In this document: in pieces, positions 52,963 to 63,031 of the stretch
Layout: each line of letters begins with the position of its first letter
Numbering within the stretch: position 1 is the stretch's first letter
NCBI GenBank assembly: GCA_963745035.1
Contig: CAVUVW010000013.1
Span: 416,001-480,000, forward strand
Direction: 5' to 3'
Source: an uncultured delta proteobacterium
Lineage (GTDB): Bacteria; Desulfobacterota; Binatia; UBA9968
DNA length: 64,000 bases
The notes under the pieces: model-generated
The model's database searches: none
Told to the model about the DNA's origin: nothing
The model's input: the letters and a program-made list of their open reading frames with translations, nothing else
Made by a program: the position numbers and the translations under genes

Positions 52963-53925
52963 TTACTTTCCGCCGGTCTTCTTCTCCAATTCGGCGACGA
53001 AGCGCATATCCATCATATCTTCAGGCTTCATGCTCCGGACCGCGGGCTCTTTGTCTCCGATCTCGGCGAGCACCGCTTCCATTCCTTTGCGGCTCACGTA
53101 AGGCGGATATTCGAGATAATCCTTAAACTGGGTATACGCATCTTCGCGAATTTCGGGGTCGCTTACCTTGAGCTGTCTTTCAATCATACGCAAAGAAGCT
53201 GCTTTATTGTTCTTGAACACCTGGATGCCTTCGGCGTACGCGCGCACCACGCGTCGTACGACGTCTTCATTGGCCTTGATATAGCTCCGGCTCGTCCCGA
53301 TGGCCACCGAGACGAACTCCGGCCCTTCTTTGGCGATGTTCATCAACTCCACGAAGCCCGACTTTTTCGCCCTCGCGTTGGTGGGCGGCGACATCACGCC
53401 GGCATCGATCTGCCCCGCAGCCAGGGCAGTAAAGATGTTCGGCACCTCGAGCAACGGCAGAAGCTGATAATCTGCGCCTTTGAGTCCCGCAGTGGTGAGA
53501 GCGTAAAGCGCCGATGTATGGGTCGATGAACCGACGCGGGTGATACCGATCTTCTTGCCCTTGAGATCAGCGATTTTTTTAATGTCCGATTTGGCCATCA
53601 GGGAAAACACCTGCCGATTGGTTCCCGCAGCAACCAATACAATGTTGGCTCCCTTCAAGGTTGCCTGTGTGGCGTTGGAACCGTCCATAAACGAAAAGGC
53701 GATCTCGCCGGCGAGGATTGCCTGGATGCCGCGGGAGCTCGACGGGATGTGGATCAATTCCACATCGAGGCCGTGTTTTTTGAATAAGCCTTCCTGGTGC
53801 GCCATGAAAATGCCGCTCTGGGCACCGGTGATTGCGGTCCAATTGATGCGCACGGGCTGGGCGAACGCTGCGGACGCAGCCGTGATAAGAAGTATGATGC
53901 TGGGGAAAAACAGTCGCAATTTCAT
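52963..53925 (-). CDS. ABC transporter substrate-binding protein (NMT1/SsuA-like), orphan
   Basis: Signal peptide, GLFKKHGLDVELI, DLKGKKIGITRVGSST. Confidence 0.85.
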   Translation of the reverse strand: MKLRLFFPSIILLITAASAAFAQPVRINWTAITGAQSGIFMAHQEGLFKKHGLDVELIHIPSSSRGIQAILAGEIAFSFMDGSNATQATLKGANIVLVAAGTNRQVFSLMAKSDIKKIADLKGKKIGITRVGSSTHTSALYALTTAGLKGADYQLLPLLEVPNIFTALAAGQIDAGVMSPPTNARAKKSGFVELMNIAKEGPEFVSVAIGTSRSYIKANEDVVRRVVRAYAEGIQVFKNNKAASLRMIERQLKVSDPEIREDAYTQFKDYLEYPPYVSRKGMEAVLAEIGDKEPAVRSMKPEDMMDMRFVAELEKKTGGK

Positions 53926-54042
53926 TACTGTAACTCCTTTAAGATCTGAGCCAGAAGGCTCTTAACAAAGACGTGCGATCGAGTCAATTCATTCACTGCG
54001 GGAATATTTGGCAAAGCCCGACAAGCGTGTTAGATAGGCGCC

Positions 54043-55008
54043 ATGAGCAAGAAAATTCATCTCACCTTGGCCACAGGCGATTACGAAAGCATTCGCGCTT
54101 TGAAGGAAGGAACGGTCAAAGCCGACGGCATCGAGCTCACCGTGTTGACCGATATGACTTCTGATATTCGCCACTGGCGCATGCTGCGCAATCGCGAGTT
54201 CGACGTCGCCGAGCTGTCCATGTCGAATTACTTGATGGCGAAATACACCGGACTGCCCTTCGTTGCGATCCCGGTGTTTCTGCACCGGCGTTTTCGCCAC
54301 GGTTTTATCTTTCTGAATGCCAATAAGGGAATCAAGAAACCGTCGGATCTGATCGGCAAAAAGGTCGGCCTGCGAAATTTTCAGGCGACGGCAAATCTAT
54401 GGATTCGCGGCATTCTGGAGCATGAGCACGGCCTGCCGCACCGCAGCATTCATTGGTTCAAGCAGGACGAGGAAGAAGTGGACTGGACCCCGCCGCGGGA
54501 TCTGGACATCCAAAGGATCGCGCCGGGAAAGAGCGTTGAGAAAATGCTTGTCGATGGCGAGCTTGACGCGCTGATCCATCCGGAAGTGATTCAACCTATT
54601 CTCGAAAAAGACCAAAGGATAACTCGGCTGTTTCCCAATTATCGCGACTTGGAAATCGACTATTATAAGCGTACCGGGTTCTTCCCGATCATGCACACGA
54701 CCGCGATCAAGCAGGAGATTGTCGACAAGCACCCGTGGGTGCCGATCAATTTGATGCAGGCCTTCGAGGAGTCAAAAAAAATCGCCTACAAGAGGATGGA
54801 TAATCCGCGCATTGTGCCGCTTGCGTGGTTCCGCCATTTCTGGGAAGAACAAGAAGAACTCCTGGGCGCCGACCCGTGGGTTTACGGCCTCGGCGAAATT
54901 AATCGGAAAGCGCTGGAGACTTTGATGCAGTATTCGCAGGAACAGGGACTGATCGGACGCAAACTGGCTTTGGACGAGCTGTTCATCGCCACCGCGGCGC
55001 ATTCCTAA
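54043..55008 (+). CDS. 4,5-dihydroxyphthalate decarboxylase-like protein (periplasmic-binding fold)
   Basis: LTLATGDY, EFDVAELSMS, IPVFLHRRFRHG, WIRGIL, FPIMH, DPWVYGL; no signal peptide. Confidence 0.85.
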   Translation: MSKKIHLTLATGDYESIRALKEGTVKADGIELTVLTDMTSDIRHWRMLRNREFDVAELSMSNYLMAKYTGLPFVAIPVFLHRRFRHGFIFLNANKGIKKPSDLIGKKVGLRNFQATANLWIRGILEHEHGLPHRSIHWFKQDEEEVDWTPPRDLDIQRIAPGKSVEKMLVDGELDALIHPEVIQPILEKDQRITRLFPNYRDLEIDYYKRTGFFPIMHTTAIKQEIVDKHPWVPINLMQAFEESKKIAYKRMDNPRIVPLAWFRHFWEEQEELLGADPWVYGLGEINRKALETLMQYSQEQGLIGRKLALDELFIATAAHS

Positions 55009-55010
55009 AT

Positions 55011-55718
55011 ATGGAAACCGCCATTGTCGCAGGGGTTGGACCCGGCACCGGCGCCGCTCTCGCGCGCGCCTTTGCCAAAGAAGGCTACGCGATGGGATTG
55101 CTGTCGCGCCGCAGTGAATCCAGCGAGCCGGTCGCTGAAGAGATTCGCGCCGCGGGCGGCAAGGCGCTCGCTGTTCAAGCCGATGTGACCGACCGTCGCA
55201 GTGTGCAAGCCGCCGTCGCGCAAATTCGCCAGAGTCTGGGAACGGTAACAGCGCTCGCTCATAACGCCAGCGGATACGGCCGCGGTGATTTCCTGCAGAT
55301 GGACCCCGACCAGATCCGCCAGTCATTCGAAGCCAACGTGATGGGCGCGGTGCATCTCGCCCAGGCAGCGATTCCCGATATGCTCAAGGCCGGCCATGGA
55401 TTCATCTCACTCACCGGCGCGACGGCGGCCCTCCGCGGCCGCGCCGGCTTCGCGCCGTTGGCGATCGGCAAAGCCGGCTTGCGCATGCTCGGTCAGTCGC
55501 TCGCGCGGGAATTTCACCCGAAAGGGATCCACGTCATCCACGTGATCGTCGACGGCCAAATCGACACTCCTCGGCTGCGTTCGCGCGAACCCGATCGCGC
55601 CGGTGACACCGTCATTCCCCCAGGCGCCATTGCCGACGCGGTCATCTCTTGCCTGCGCCAGCCGCGCACCGCTTGGTCGCACGAGATCGACTTGCGGCCG
55701 TTCTTGGAGACCTTCTAG
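55011..55718 (+). CDS. SDR family oxidoreductase
   Basis: AIVAGVGPGTG, TGATAALRG, QSLARE..GIHVIHVIVDG, WSHEIDLRP. Confidence 0.9.
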   Translation: METAIVAGVGPGTGAALARAFAKEGYAMGLLSRRSESSEPVAEEIRAAGGKALAVQADVTDRRSVQAAVAQIRQSLGTVTALAHNASGYGRGDFLQMDPDQIRQSFEANVMGAVHLAQAAIPDMLKAGHGFISLTGATAALRGRAGFAPLAIGKAGLRMLGQSLAREFHPKGIHVIHVIVDGQIDTPRLRSREPDRAGDTVIPPGAIADAVISCLRQPRTAWSHEIDLRPFLETF

Positions 55719-55822
55719 GCTGGCTGCTTACAAGATTGATCTTACAGCGGTATTGTCGTAAGTTTTTACAACCTGACGACGAGTCTAACGCTGCGCCGAG
55801 TGAATCCGGCGAGGGAGGTTGT

Positions 55823-56185
55823 ATGTTCGGAAAGGGAGTTTTCCAGGAAGAGGAAAGCCTGCTGCGCGACATTATTCGGAGCATCGACAAGCGTGTCGAT
55901 TATTCGGCAAAGGAAGGCGCGGGGACGCACTTCACCGTCCACGTCAAGCTGCGCGGCCACGAGGCCGATGTCGTGCTCGATCTGGAGGACCTGAAAGCGG
56001 CCCGCACCGACATGGTGAGGCGACAGCAGATCCGCCACAAGATCAAGGCGCGCTGCGATCATCTGGACAAGACGCGTTACGGCGCCGACGTTCTCGGTCT
56101 AAAGTCGGCAAGAATTCTGCGCGCGGCCCCCAAGCCGGAAGCGCCCCCCCACCGCGGCGGATTTGGCCGGGGCGTAAGAAGATAA
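55823..56185 (+). CDS. Small basic hypothetical protein with RGG-like tail
   Basis: ATG 55823 with GGAGG RBS; 120 aa; ends PPHRGGFGRGVRR. Confidence 0.7.
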   Translation: MFGKGVFQEEESLLRDIIRSIDKRVDYSAKEGAGTHFTVHVKLRGHEADVVLDLEDLKAARTDMVRRQQIRHKIKARCDHLDKTRYGADVLGLKSARILRAAPKPEAPPHRGGFGRGVRR

Positions 56186-56250
56186 TGGCTTCATAGCGCG
56201 GGTTTGTGCATCCCGACATGCTGGATCATTGACGGCCACGTAGCCGAATC

Positions 56251-57114
56251 ATGGACAAAGCCAACCTCATTCGTGATGCCTTGGCGCATCATGGTCAGCT
56301 CATCATGCCCGGCGTTTACGATGCTCTCAGCGCCAAGATCGCGGCGCGGGCCGGATTTGAGGTTGTTTTCATCACCGGCTACAGCCTGTCGGCTACCCTG
56401 CTCGGCGAGCCGGATTTCGGCGTGCTGACCCAGACCGAAGTGGTCGGAGCTACCCAGCGCATCTGCTCGGTGATCGAGACCCCGGTCATCGTCGATGCCG
56501 ATACCGGTTACGGCAACGCCATCAACGTGATCCGCACGGTCGAGGATCTGCTGCGTGCCGGCGCTGCGGGCATGTTCTTGGAAGATCAGATCTGGCCGAA
56601 GCGCTGCGGCCACATGAAGGGCAAACAAGTCATCGCGCTCGACGAGCAATTAAAGAAACTCTCGGCGGCGGTCGAGGCAAAGGCCGGGCGGGACTTCTTT
56701 ATCGTCGCGCGCACCGATGCGCGGCAGGCATTGGGGTTGCCCGAGGCAATCAAACGCGGCAAAGCCTTCAAAGACGCCGGGGCCGACGCCGTCTTTATCG
56801 AAGCGCCGGAGACCAAGCAGGAAATGGCAGAAATCGCCCGCCAAGTGCCTGGGCCGCTGGTCGCCAATATGCTCGAACGCGGCGTGACCCCGCTCATGGC
56901 GCCAAAGGAGCTCAAGGAATTGGGCTTCGATCTGATCGTTTGGCCTCTGGCACCGCTCTACTCGGCCGCTAAGTCGCTAGCCGACGTTTACACGACTTTG
57001 CGCCGCGACGGATCCACGATAGCGATACTGGATCGGTTAATGCCGTTCGACGAGTTTAACCAGATCGTCGGGCTGGAAGAGAAATATGCGCTGGATGAAA
57101 AGTACAGGAACTAG
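56251..57114 (+). CDS. Isocitrate lyase/PEP mutase family (methylisocitrate lyase / oxaloacetate decarboxylase-like)
   Basis: PGVYDALSA, DADTGYG, EDQIWPKRCGH, ARTDA. Confidence 0.92.
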   Translation: MDKANLIRDALAHHGQLIMPGVYDALSAKIAARAGFEVVFITGYSLSATLLGEPDFGVLTQTEVVGATQRICSVIETPVIVDADTGYGNAINVIRTVEDLLRAGAAGMFLEDQIWPKRCGHMKGKQVIALDEQLKKLSAAVEAKAGRDFFIVARTDARQALGLPEAIKRGKAFKDAGADAVFIEAPETKQEMAEIARQVPGPLVANMLERGVTPLMAPKELKELGFDLIVWPLAPLYSAAKSLADVYTTLRRDGSTIAILDRLMPFDEFNQIVGLEEKYALDEKYRN

Positions 57115-57152
57115 GCAAGTTCAACGGAATGAATTTGTTCAAGTTTCGCTTA

Positions 57153-58259
57153 TCACAACCGCATCGGCATCAACACATATAAGTAGTTATCGACTCCCGC
57201 CTTACGAATGATACTCGGGCTCAACTCGTCCTTGAGCTCGATATCGATCTCGCCGTCCCCGCCGAGCACGCTCAGAACGTCGATCAGATAACGCGCATTA
57301 AATCCGATTGATAGCGGTTTGCCCTTGTACTCCGCCTCGATTTCTTCAACCGCCTCGCCCAGATCCGGGTTATTGGCGGAAATCGAAACTTTGCCGTCCG
57401 TGAACTCCATGCGAATTCCCTTGTAACGCTCGCTCGAGAGAATCGACACGCGGCGCAAAGCCTGGAGCAGCTCATCATGCTCTAGCTTTACGATATTCGG
57501 GTTTCCCTTCGGAATGACCTTTGTGTAATCGGGAAAGTCGCCGTCGATCAAGCGCATAAAAAGCTCGATCTTATCTTTCGTGACCAGTCCCATGTTTTCC
57601 TTGAAGCCGAGGGAAACAGCGCCGTCGGAGCCGTTCTCCAAAAGTTTCTTGAGCTCCGCCAAGCCCTTGCGCGGCAGGATCACGCCCTTGGCCAAACCGA
57701 AGGAACCAACGGCTTTTTCCTCGAAAGCGAGACGATGGCCGTCGGTGGCGACCATGCGAATGTTGCCGCTGTCGCCCTGCTCGATAAACACGCCGTTTAA
57801 ACTGTAACGTGTTTCATCGGTAGAAACCGCAAAAATCGTGCGTTCGATCATTTGATGCACAGTGGAGGCTGGAGTGGTCGACAGCGCCTTACCATCGAAC
57901 TTCGGAAACTGCGGGAATTCCTTTGCGTCGATGCCGACGATTTTAAAAACCGACTTTCCGCTGCGAATCTCCACCCAGTCGTTGTCCAGACGCTTTAATT
58001 GCACCTGCTCGTTGGGCGCTTCCCGAATGATCTCGTAAATCTTTTTCGCGTTTACGGTGACCGTGCCCTCTTTGACCACGTCGCCGTCGACTTCGCCTCT
58101 GACCCCTACTTCCAGATCGGTCGCGGTAACGCGAATGGACCCTTTGACGCACTCAAAAAGAACATTGGCGAGGATCGGCATGGTATTGCGCCGTTCCACA
58201 ATACTTTGCGTCCAATAAAGCGTTGCGAGAAGACTTTCCCGCTTGGCTTTAATCTCCAT
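57153..58259 (-). CDS. dnaN: DNA polymerase III beta sliding clamp
   Basis: PILANVL, ATDLEV, DETRYSLNGV, ATDGHRL, GFNARYL, YVLMPMRL. Confidence 0.97.
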   Translation of the reverse strand: MEIKAKRESLLATLYWTQSIVERRNTMPILANVLFECVKGSIRVTATDLEVGVRGEVDGDVVKEGTVTVNAKKIYEIIREAPNEQVQLKRLDNDWVEIRSGKSVFKIVGIDAKEFPQFPKFDGKALSTTPASTVHQMIERTIFAVSTDETRYSLNGVFIEQGDSGNIRMVATDGHRLAFEEKAVGSFGLAKGVILPRKGLAELKKLLENGSDGAVSLGFKENMGLVTKDKIELFMRLIDGDFPDYTKVIPKGNPNIVKLEHDELLQALRRVSILSSERYKGIRMEFTDGKVSISANNPDLGEAVEEIEAEYKGKPLSIGFNARYLIDVLSVLGGDGEIDIELKDELSPSIIRKAGVDNYLYVLMPMRL

Positions 58260-58287
58260 ACTTTCCCCCTGTGACTTCTATTGCCTT

Positions 58288-58484
58288 ACTTATATATAAA
58301 TTCAAGAAGTAATAGTAGAGGCTGTGGACAAGGCGGAAAACTTCGCTTTGGCGAGGAAAATCAAAACTCTAGCTTGTGACTTAAAACGGGAGCTTAATCT
58401 CGTTTTGCACTTCTTTAACGACGCGTTCGGATGAGGGCGTGGTCTTTCACAGCAACCTTGACCGTTAATCACAGGATATTCACA
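58288..58484. other. oriC: oriC unwinding module between dnaA and dnaN
   Basis: Minus strand TTTTCCGCC-TTGTCCACA (DnaA boxes)-GCCT-CTACTATTACTTCTT (DnaA-trios)-AT-rich TTTATATATAA; further degenerate boxes TTAATCACA (58465) and ATATTCACA (58476). Confidence 0.85.
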
Positions 58485-58485
58485 G

Positions 58486-59821
58486 CTATTTGCGGATGTG
58501 CAGATTTCTCTCGAGCTTTTCGATGGTGATCTGCATCTGCGGGTCTTCTTTCATTTTCCGCTCGATGGTCTTAGATGCATGGATTACCGTCGAGTGATCC
58601 CGGCCGCCGAATTGGTCGCCGATGCCGGGGAAGGAAGCACCAGTGTACTTGCGGCAGAGATACATCGCTACCTGGCGCGGCAGCGCGATGTTTTGTGTTC
58701 TTCTCTTCGCTTTCAGGTCGTTGACTTTGATATTGAAATAGTCGCAGATCGTTTTTTGTATATTCTCGACCGTAATTTCCCTTTTCGCACCGTTCAGGGT
58801 ATTGCGCAGGACGTCTTTGGCCAAATCTACCGTAATCGTAGCTTTGGTAAGGGAGGCAAAGGCTCCGAGGCGGGTGAGAGATCCTTCCAACTCGCGCACG
58901 TTGGAATCGATATTCGAAGCCAGAAAGATCGCCACGTCGTGGGGCAGTTGGACCGACTCCGCCTCGGCCTTCTTCTGCAAGATCGCCACGCGCGTCTCCA
59001 TGTCGGGTGGTTGAATGTCGGCGATCAAACCCCACTCGAAGCGGTTCCGCAGACGGTCTTCGATACCAGGAATTTCCTTGGGAAATTTATCCGACGTGAT
59101 GACGATCTGTTTGTGCGATTCGTAGAGCGAGTTGAATGTGTGGAAAAATTCCTCCTGCGTTCGCTCTTTGCCCGCGATGAACTGCACGTCGTCGAGGATT
59201 AGGAGGTCCACGTTACGAAATTTTCGCTTGAATTCGTCCATCTTGTCGCGCCGAAGGGACGCGATCAGCTCGTTCATGAACGATTCCGAGCTCAGATAGC
59301 CCACTTTTAGGCCGGACCGCTGCGCCGTCGCGTGGTGGCCGATGGCGTTTACCAGATGAGTTTTTCCGAGGCCGACGCCGCCGTAGATAAACAAGGGATT
59401 GTAATTGTCTCCTGGCTGATTGGCCACCGCGACGCAGGCGGCGTGGGCAAACTGATTGCTGGCGCCGATCACGAAGTTCTCGAACGTATACTTTGCGACG
59501 AGATTGCTTGCGCGCTGCGGCTTGTCTCGCTCCCGTTCATCTTTTTTCGCGGCTTTTTCCGAGGTCGGCAGCTTTGCCGCTTTTTCATTGACTTGAAAAA
59601 TCACGCGCACGGCAAGCCGCGCCGACGAGCTCAACACGGCTTCAAGCTTGTTGATATAGTGTTCCGTGAGCCAATCGCGAAAAAACTTGTTGGGAACTTC
59701 TAAAACAACTTCATTTTTGTTTCGCGACACGAAACGAATCGGCGCAATCCAGGTCTCGAAATTTTGCGCGCCGATTTGCTCTTTGATTTCGGCTCAACGC
59801 CTGGGTCCATTGCTCGCTCAT
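58486..59821 (-). CDS. dnaA: Chromosomal replication initiator DnaA; one apparent +1 frameshift near 59793
   Basis: MSEQWTQAL/EIKEQIGAQNFETWIAP reconstructed; YTFENFVIG, GGVGLGKTHL, DDVQF, QEEFFHTFN, GGRDHSTV. Confidence 0.97.
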
Positions 59822-59870
59822 TTCAGCACCCGCTAAGCTTCTGAAAAGACAGGACAACCTATGCAAATAG

Positions 59871-59902
59871 TTACACACAAGGTTATCCACAGTTGTGGAT
59901 AA
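59871..59902. promoter_or_regulatory. DnaA-box cluster upstream of dnaA (origin part / autoregulation)
   Basis: TTACACACA (59871), perfect TTATCCACA (59883) and inverted TGTGGATAA (59894). Confidence 0.9.
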
Positions 59903-60006
59903 CTAAAATAGCTGACAATTCCCATGGCTTTGCGTGAAGTTGAGAGCCTGGCGATCCATAGGACGCCGATAGAAACACCGCTTGTGCCCGCGCTGAAAAA
60001 TCTCCA

Positions 60007-60038
60007 TATGGTGGAAGTTTTTTATGGTGGAAGTTTTT
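60007..60038. repeat. Perfect 16-bp tandem duplication
   Basis: TATGGTGGAAGTTTTT x2 in the dnaA-hemL divergent spacer. Confidence 0.85.
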
Positions 60039-60209
60039 TCGCGCCTCGGAAAAGAAAACCGACGGCGATGCGCTTTAATTTCGGAAGCGTTGTTAATAGT
60101 CCTTTTCAAAATTCTTTGCAAGAAAAAAACATCGACAAATTTTTTTTTCCCGTTTCTGCAATCATGTTGACAGCATAGCAGCGCGATGTTAGCTACGGTT
60201 TTTCGAACG

Positions 60210-61490
60210 ATGTCGCGATCAAGAAAAATTTTTTGCCGCGCGCGCGAAAAAATTCCCGGCGGCGTCAACAGTCCCGTGCGCGCGTGGAAGGCGGTGGGCG
60301 GCGAGCCGTTGATCATCGCGCGCGGGCAAGGAAGTCGCATCTTCGACGCCGACGGAAGACGCTACATCGACTTTGTCGGATCTTGGGGGCCGCTGATCTT
60401 GGGTCATGCCCATCCAAGGATCGTGCAAGCGGTGAAACGGCGGGCAGCAATGGGTTTTACGTTCGGCGCTCCGACGGAAGCGGAAGTTCGCCTCGCCGAG
60501 ATGGTGGCGCGGATCGTGCCGTCTATAGAGTTGCTGCGTCTGGTGAGCTCCGGCACCGAAGCCGCGATGAGCGCGGTGCGGTTGGCGCGGGCATTTACCG
60601 GAAAACGGAAAATAATCAAGTTCGACGGTTGCTATCACGGTCACGCCGACGGCTTGCTGGTAAGGGCCGGGTCGGGCGTCGCGACCCTGGGTCTTCCCGA
60701 TAGCCCGGGAGTTCCGCCCAGCTACGCGCGTGAAACGTTGATAGCTAAATACAACGACATCACATCCGTGCAAAGAATCATGAACGCGCACCGGAGTGAT
60801 ATCGCCGCCATCATCGTCGAGCCGATTTGCGGCAATATGGGAGTCATTCCGCCGGAAGCGAATTTTCTCAGGAGTCTCCGTCAGATCACCCGACAAAGCG
60901 GCGCGCTGCTCATCTTCGATGAAGTCATCACCGGGTTCCGCGTCGCCCGCGGCGGCGCGCAGGAAATTTTTCGGATAAAGCCGGATCTGACTTGCTTGGG
61001 AAAGATCCTCGGCGGCGGCTTCCCGCTGGCGGCCTTCGGCGGCACGGCGCGGATCATGAAGCTGCTCGCTCCCGCGGGCGCGGTGTATCAAGCGGGAACT
61101 CTTTCGGGAAACCCCATGGCGGTAAGCGCGGGCATCGCGACCCTCGAGGCATTAAGCCGGCAGGGCATCTACGAATCTTTGGAGGAAAAAGCGCACTACC
61201 TCGAGCAAGGATTCCGGGACGTTCTCACGAGACACGATATCAAAGCTGCGCTCAACCGTGCCGGCTCGATGATGACCCTGTTTTTCGGGCTGGAAGAGGT
61301 GCACAACGCGGACGACGCGCGCCGGTGCGACCGTAAGAAATTCGCCCGCTATTTTCACGGCATGCTGCGCCGCGGGATCTACCTTCCACCGGCTCCGTTC
61401 GAGGCCATGTTTGTCTCCACGGCTCATTCCCGTGCGGATTTAGATGCGACAATTCGCGCTTTTAACCAGTGGGCGGCGGCGGATGCCTAA
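60210..61490 (+). CDS. hemL: Glutamate-1-semialdehyde 2,1-aminomutase
   Basis: IPGGVNSPVRA, SWGPLILGH, SGTEA, GCYHGH, FDEVITGFR, GKILGGG, QAGTLSGNP. Confidence 0.96.
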   Translation: MSRSRKIFCRAREKIPGGVNSPVRAWKAVGGEPLIIARGQGSRIFDADGRRYIDFVGSWGPLILGHAHPRIVQAVKRRAAMGFTFGAPTEAEVRLAEMVARIVPSIELLRLVSSGTEAAMSAVRLARAFTGKRKIIKFDGCYHGHADGLLVRAGSGVATLGLPDSPGVPPSYARETLIAKYNDITSVQRIMNAHRSDIAAIIVEPICGNMGVIPPEANFLRSLRQITRQSGALLIFDEVITGFRVARGGAQEIFRIKPDLTCLGKILGGGFPLAAFGGTARIMKLLAPAGAVYQAGTLSGNPMAVSAGIATLEALSRQGIYESLEEKAHYLEQGFRDVLTRHDIKAALNRAGSMMTLFFGLEEVHNADDARRCDRKKFARYFHGMLRRGIYLPPAPFEAMFVSTAHSRADLDATIRAFNQWAAADA

Positions 61491-61530
61491 ACTTGATCGA
61501 CATAACCGGGCATGTTAGAAGACAAGCCCA

Positions 61531-61797
61531 GTGGGGAACGTCGCGGGCCGCCCCGACAACCGGCAACAAGACCAAGCTCCCTTCCTGCGCCGAGCGGGCT
61601 TATATTTAGGAGTAGCTTTCGAATTACCGGGCACCATTCTTGCCGGATTGGTGGTCGGGTACTACGCCGATGAATATTTCCGCAGCTCGCCATGGCTGCT
61701 GATTACCTTCACGGCTCTTGCATTCGTCGGCGCATTTGTGCGGCTCTTGCGCTGGGCAAAATTTTTTGCGCGCGCGCGTGATGGAAACAGCCGCTAA
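61531..61797 (+). CDS. atpZ: AtpZ/AtpI-family small membrane protein
   Basis: Two TMs, GYYADEYFRSSPWLLI; start uncertain. Confidence 0.8.
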   Translation: MGNVAGRPDNRQQDQAPFLRRAGLYLGVAFELPGTILAGLVVGYYADEYFRSSPWLLITFTALAFVGAFVRLLRWAKFFARARDGNSR

Positions 61798-62158
61798 AAA
61801 AAGCATAATCCGCATCGAGCTTTGGCATGGAGTGTTGCTGCTCGCATTACTGGTCACCTTGGGGCCGGCGCGGTTGATCGATCCAGCGGCGCTCTTGGCC
61901 GGCGGGATTTTTATGGGAGTCAATTTTCTCCTGTTGAGTCTGGGTATTGCCTGGGTATTGACGCCCTTGGCCGGGAAGGGTCGCGTCAAGGCGGGGATCG
62001 GATTCCTGGTGCTTAAGATTATTCTTTTTCTGGGACTTCTGACCATGTTGTTTTTTCATTTCGCACTGGACGCCCTCTCTTTTGCCCTCGGTTTTTCGAC
62101 TTTAATCCTGGCGATAGTTTTGGAAAGCGTCGTAAGAACGACGCACGCGCAAGCCTAG
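61781..62158 (+). CDS. atpI: ATP synthase protein I
   Basis: Four TMs with GG..MGVNF; directly before atpB. Confidence 0.78.
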   Translation: METAAKKSIIRIELWHGVLLLALLVTLGPARLIDPAALLAGGIFMGVNFLLLSLGIAWVLTPLAGKGRVKAGIGFLVLKIILFLGLLTMLFFHFALDALSFALGFSTLILAIVLESVVRTTHAQA

Positions 62159-62167
62159 AGAAAAGAA

Positions 62168-62962
62168 ATGGAACATCCGTTTACTTGGTACAATCTGCTG
62201 CCGCAAAGCTTTCAGCATGCGATTGGCGATCACACGTTTTTTGCGCTGGTCGCCGCGATTTTACTCTTACTGTTTGCGTTCGCCGCACGCGCGGCGCTGG
62301 CCAAGGCGCAAGACCCCGCGGTCCCGGCCGGGGAGCTGGGCGCGAGAAATATCGCGGAGCTTTTGCTCCAGTTAGTGGTGAACCAGAGCGATCAAATCAT
62401 CGGCAAGCAAGGCCGTAAATATGTGCCTTTTTTCGCGACCTTCTTTATGTTCATCCTGCTGAGCAATTTGCTCGGGCTGCTGCCTGGCTTTGCGCCGCCG
62501 ACGGGCAATCTCAACACGACGATCGGTTTAGCGCTTTGTTCTTTCATTGGCTACAATATAATCGGCGTGCGCGAACAAGGCGGCGCATATTTCAAACACT
62601 TCATCGGGCCGATGACCGGGCTTCCCGCCAGCACGATCATCGGCAAGTTGGCTTTCCTACCCCTTTTGCTGATTTCCGCGACCTTCTTTTTTATCCTAGA
62701 GGCTTTCTCACATGGTTTTCGGCCGGTTTCACTGTCTTTGCGGCTTTTTGGCAACATGATGGGAGATCACGAGGTGATCACGGCGTTCATCAAGCTTACG
62801 AAAGTGGTGGTGCCGGTGGCATTTTATGCCATGGGTACGCTGGTTGCCGTGATTCAAGCTTTTGTTTTCACGCTATTGAGCATGATCTACGTCGCTCTGG
62901 CGATAAGCCACGGGCATGATGAAGAACATGATCACGAAGCGCCGCATCAATCACGTCACTAA
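62168..62962 (+). CDS. atpB: ATP synthase F0 subunit a
   Basis: SNLLGLLPG..PT.NLN, RPVSLSLRLFGNM, IQAFVFTLLSMIY. Confidence 0.96.
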   Translation: MEHPFTWYNLLPQSFQHAIGDHTFFALVAAILLLLFAFAARAALAKAQDPAVPAGELGARNIAELLLQLVVNQSDQIIGKQGRKYVPFFATFFMFILLSNLLGLLPGFAPPTGNLNTTIGLALCSFIGYNIIGVREQGGAYFKHFIGPMTGLPASTIIGKLAFLPLLLISATFFFILEAFSHGFRPVSLSLRLFGNMMGDHEVITAFIKLTKVVVPVAFYAMGTLVAVIQAFVFTLLSMIYVALAISHGHDEEHDHEAPHQSRH

Positions 62963-63031
62963 GCGATCGCCCGCGTGGCGAGGATGAGGAAAGATGAGAG
63001 GTGGGCTAAAGTCGCTGGAAAGGAGAGGAGA

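Noticed and set aside
58486-59821. dnaA (and mnmE) as pseudogenes or programmed frameshifts
   Set aside because: Single +1 insertions without slippery sites or other decay, in essential or conserved genes; the same pattern recurs across the window, so sequencing error is more likely.
59903-60209. rpmH or another small gene divergent from dnaA
   Set aside because: No MKRT-type L34 sequence; the ORFs here are AT-rich promoter/origin sequence.
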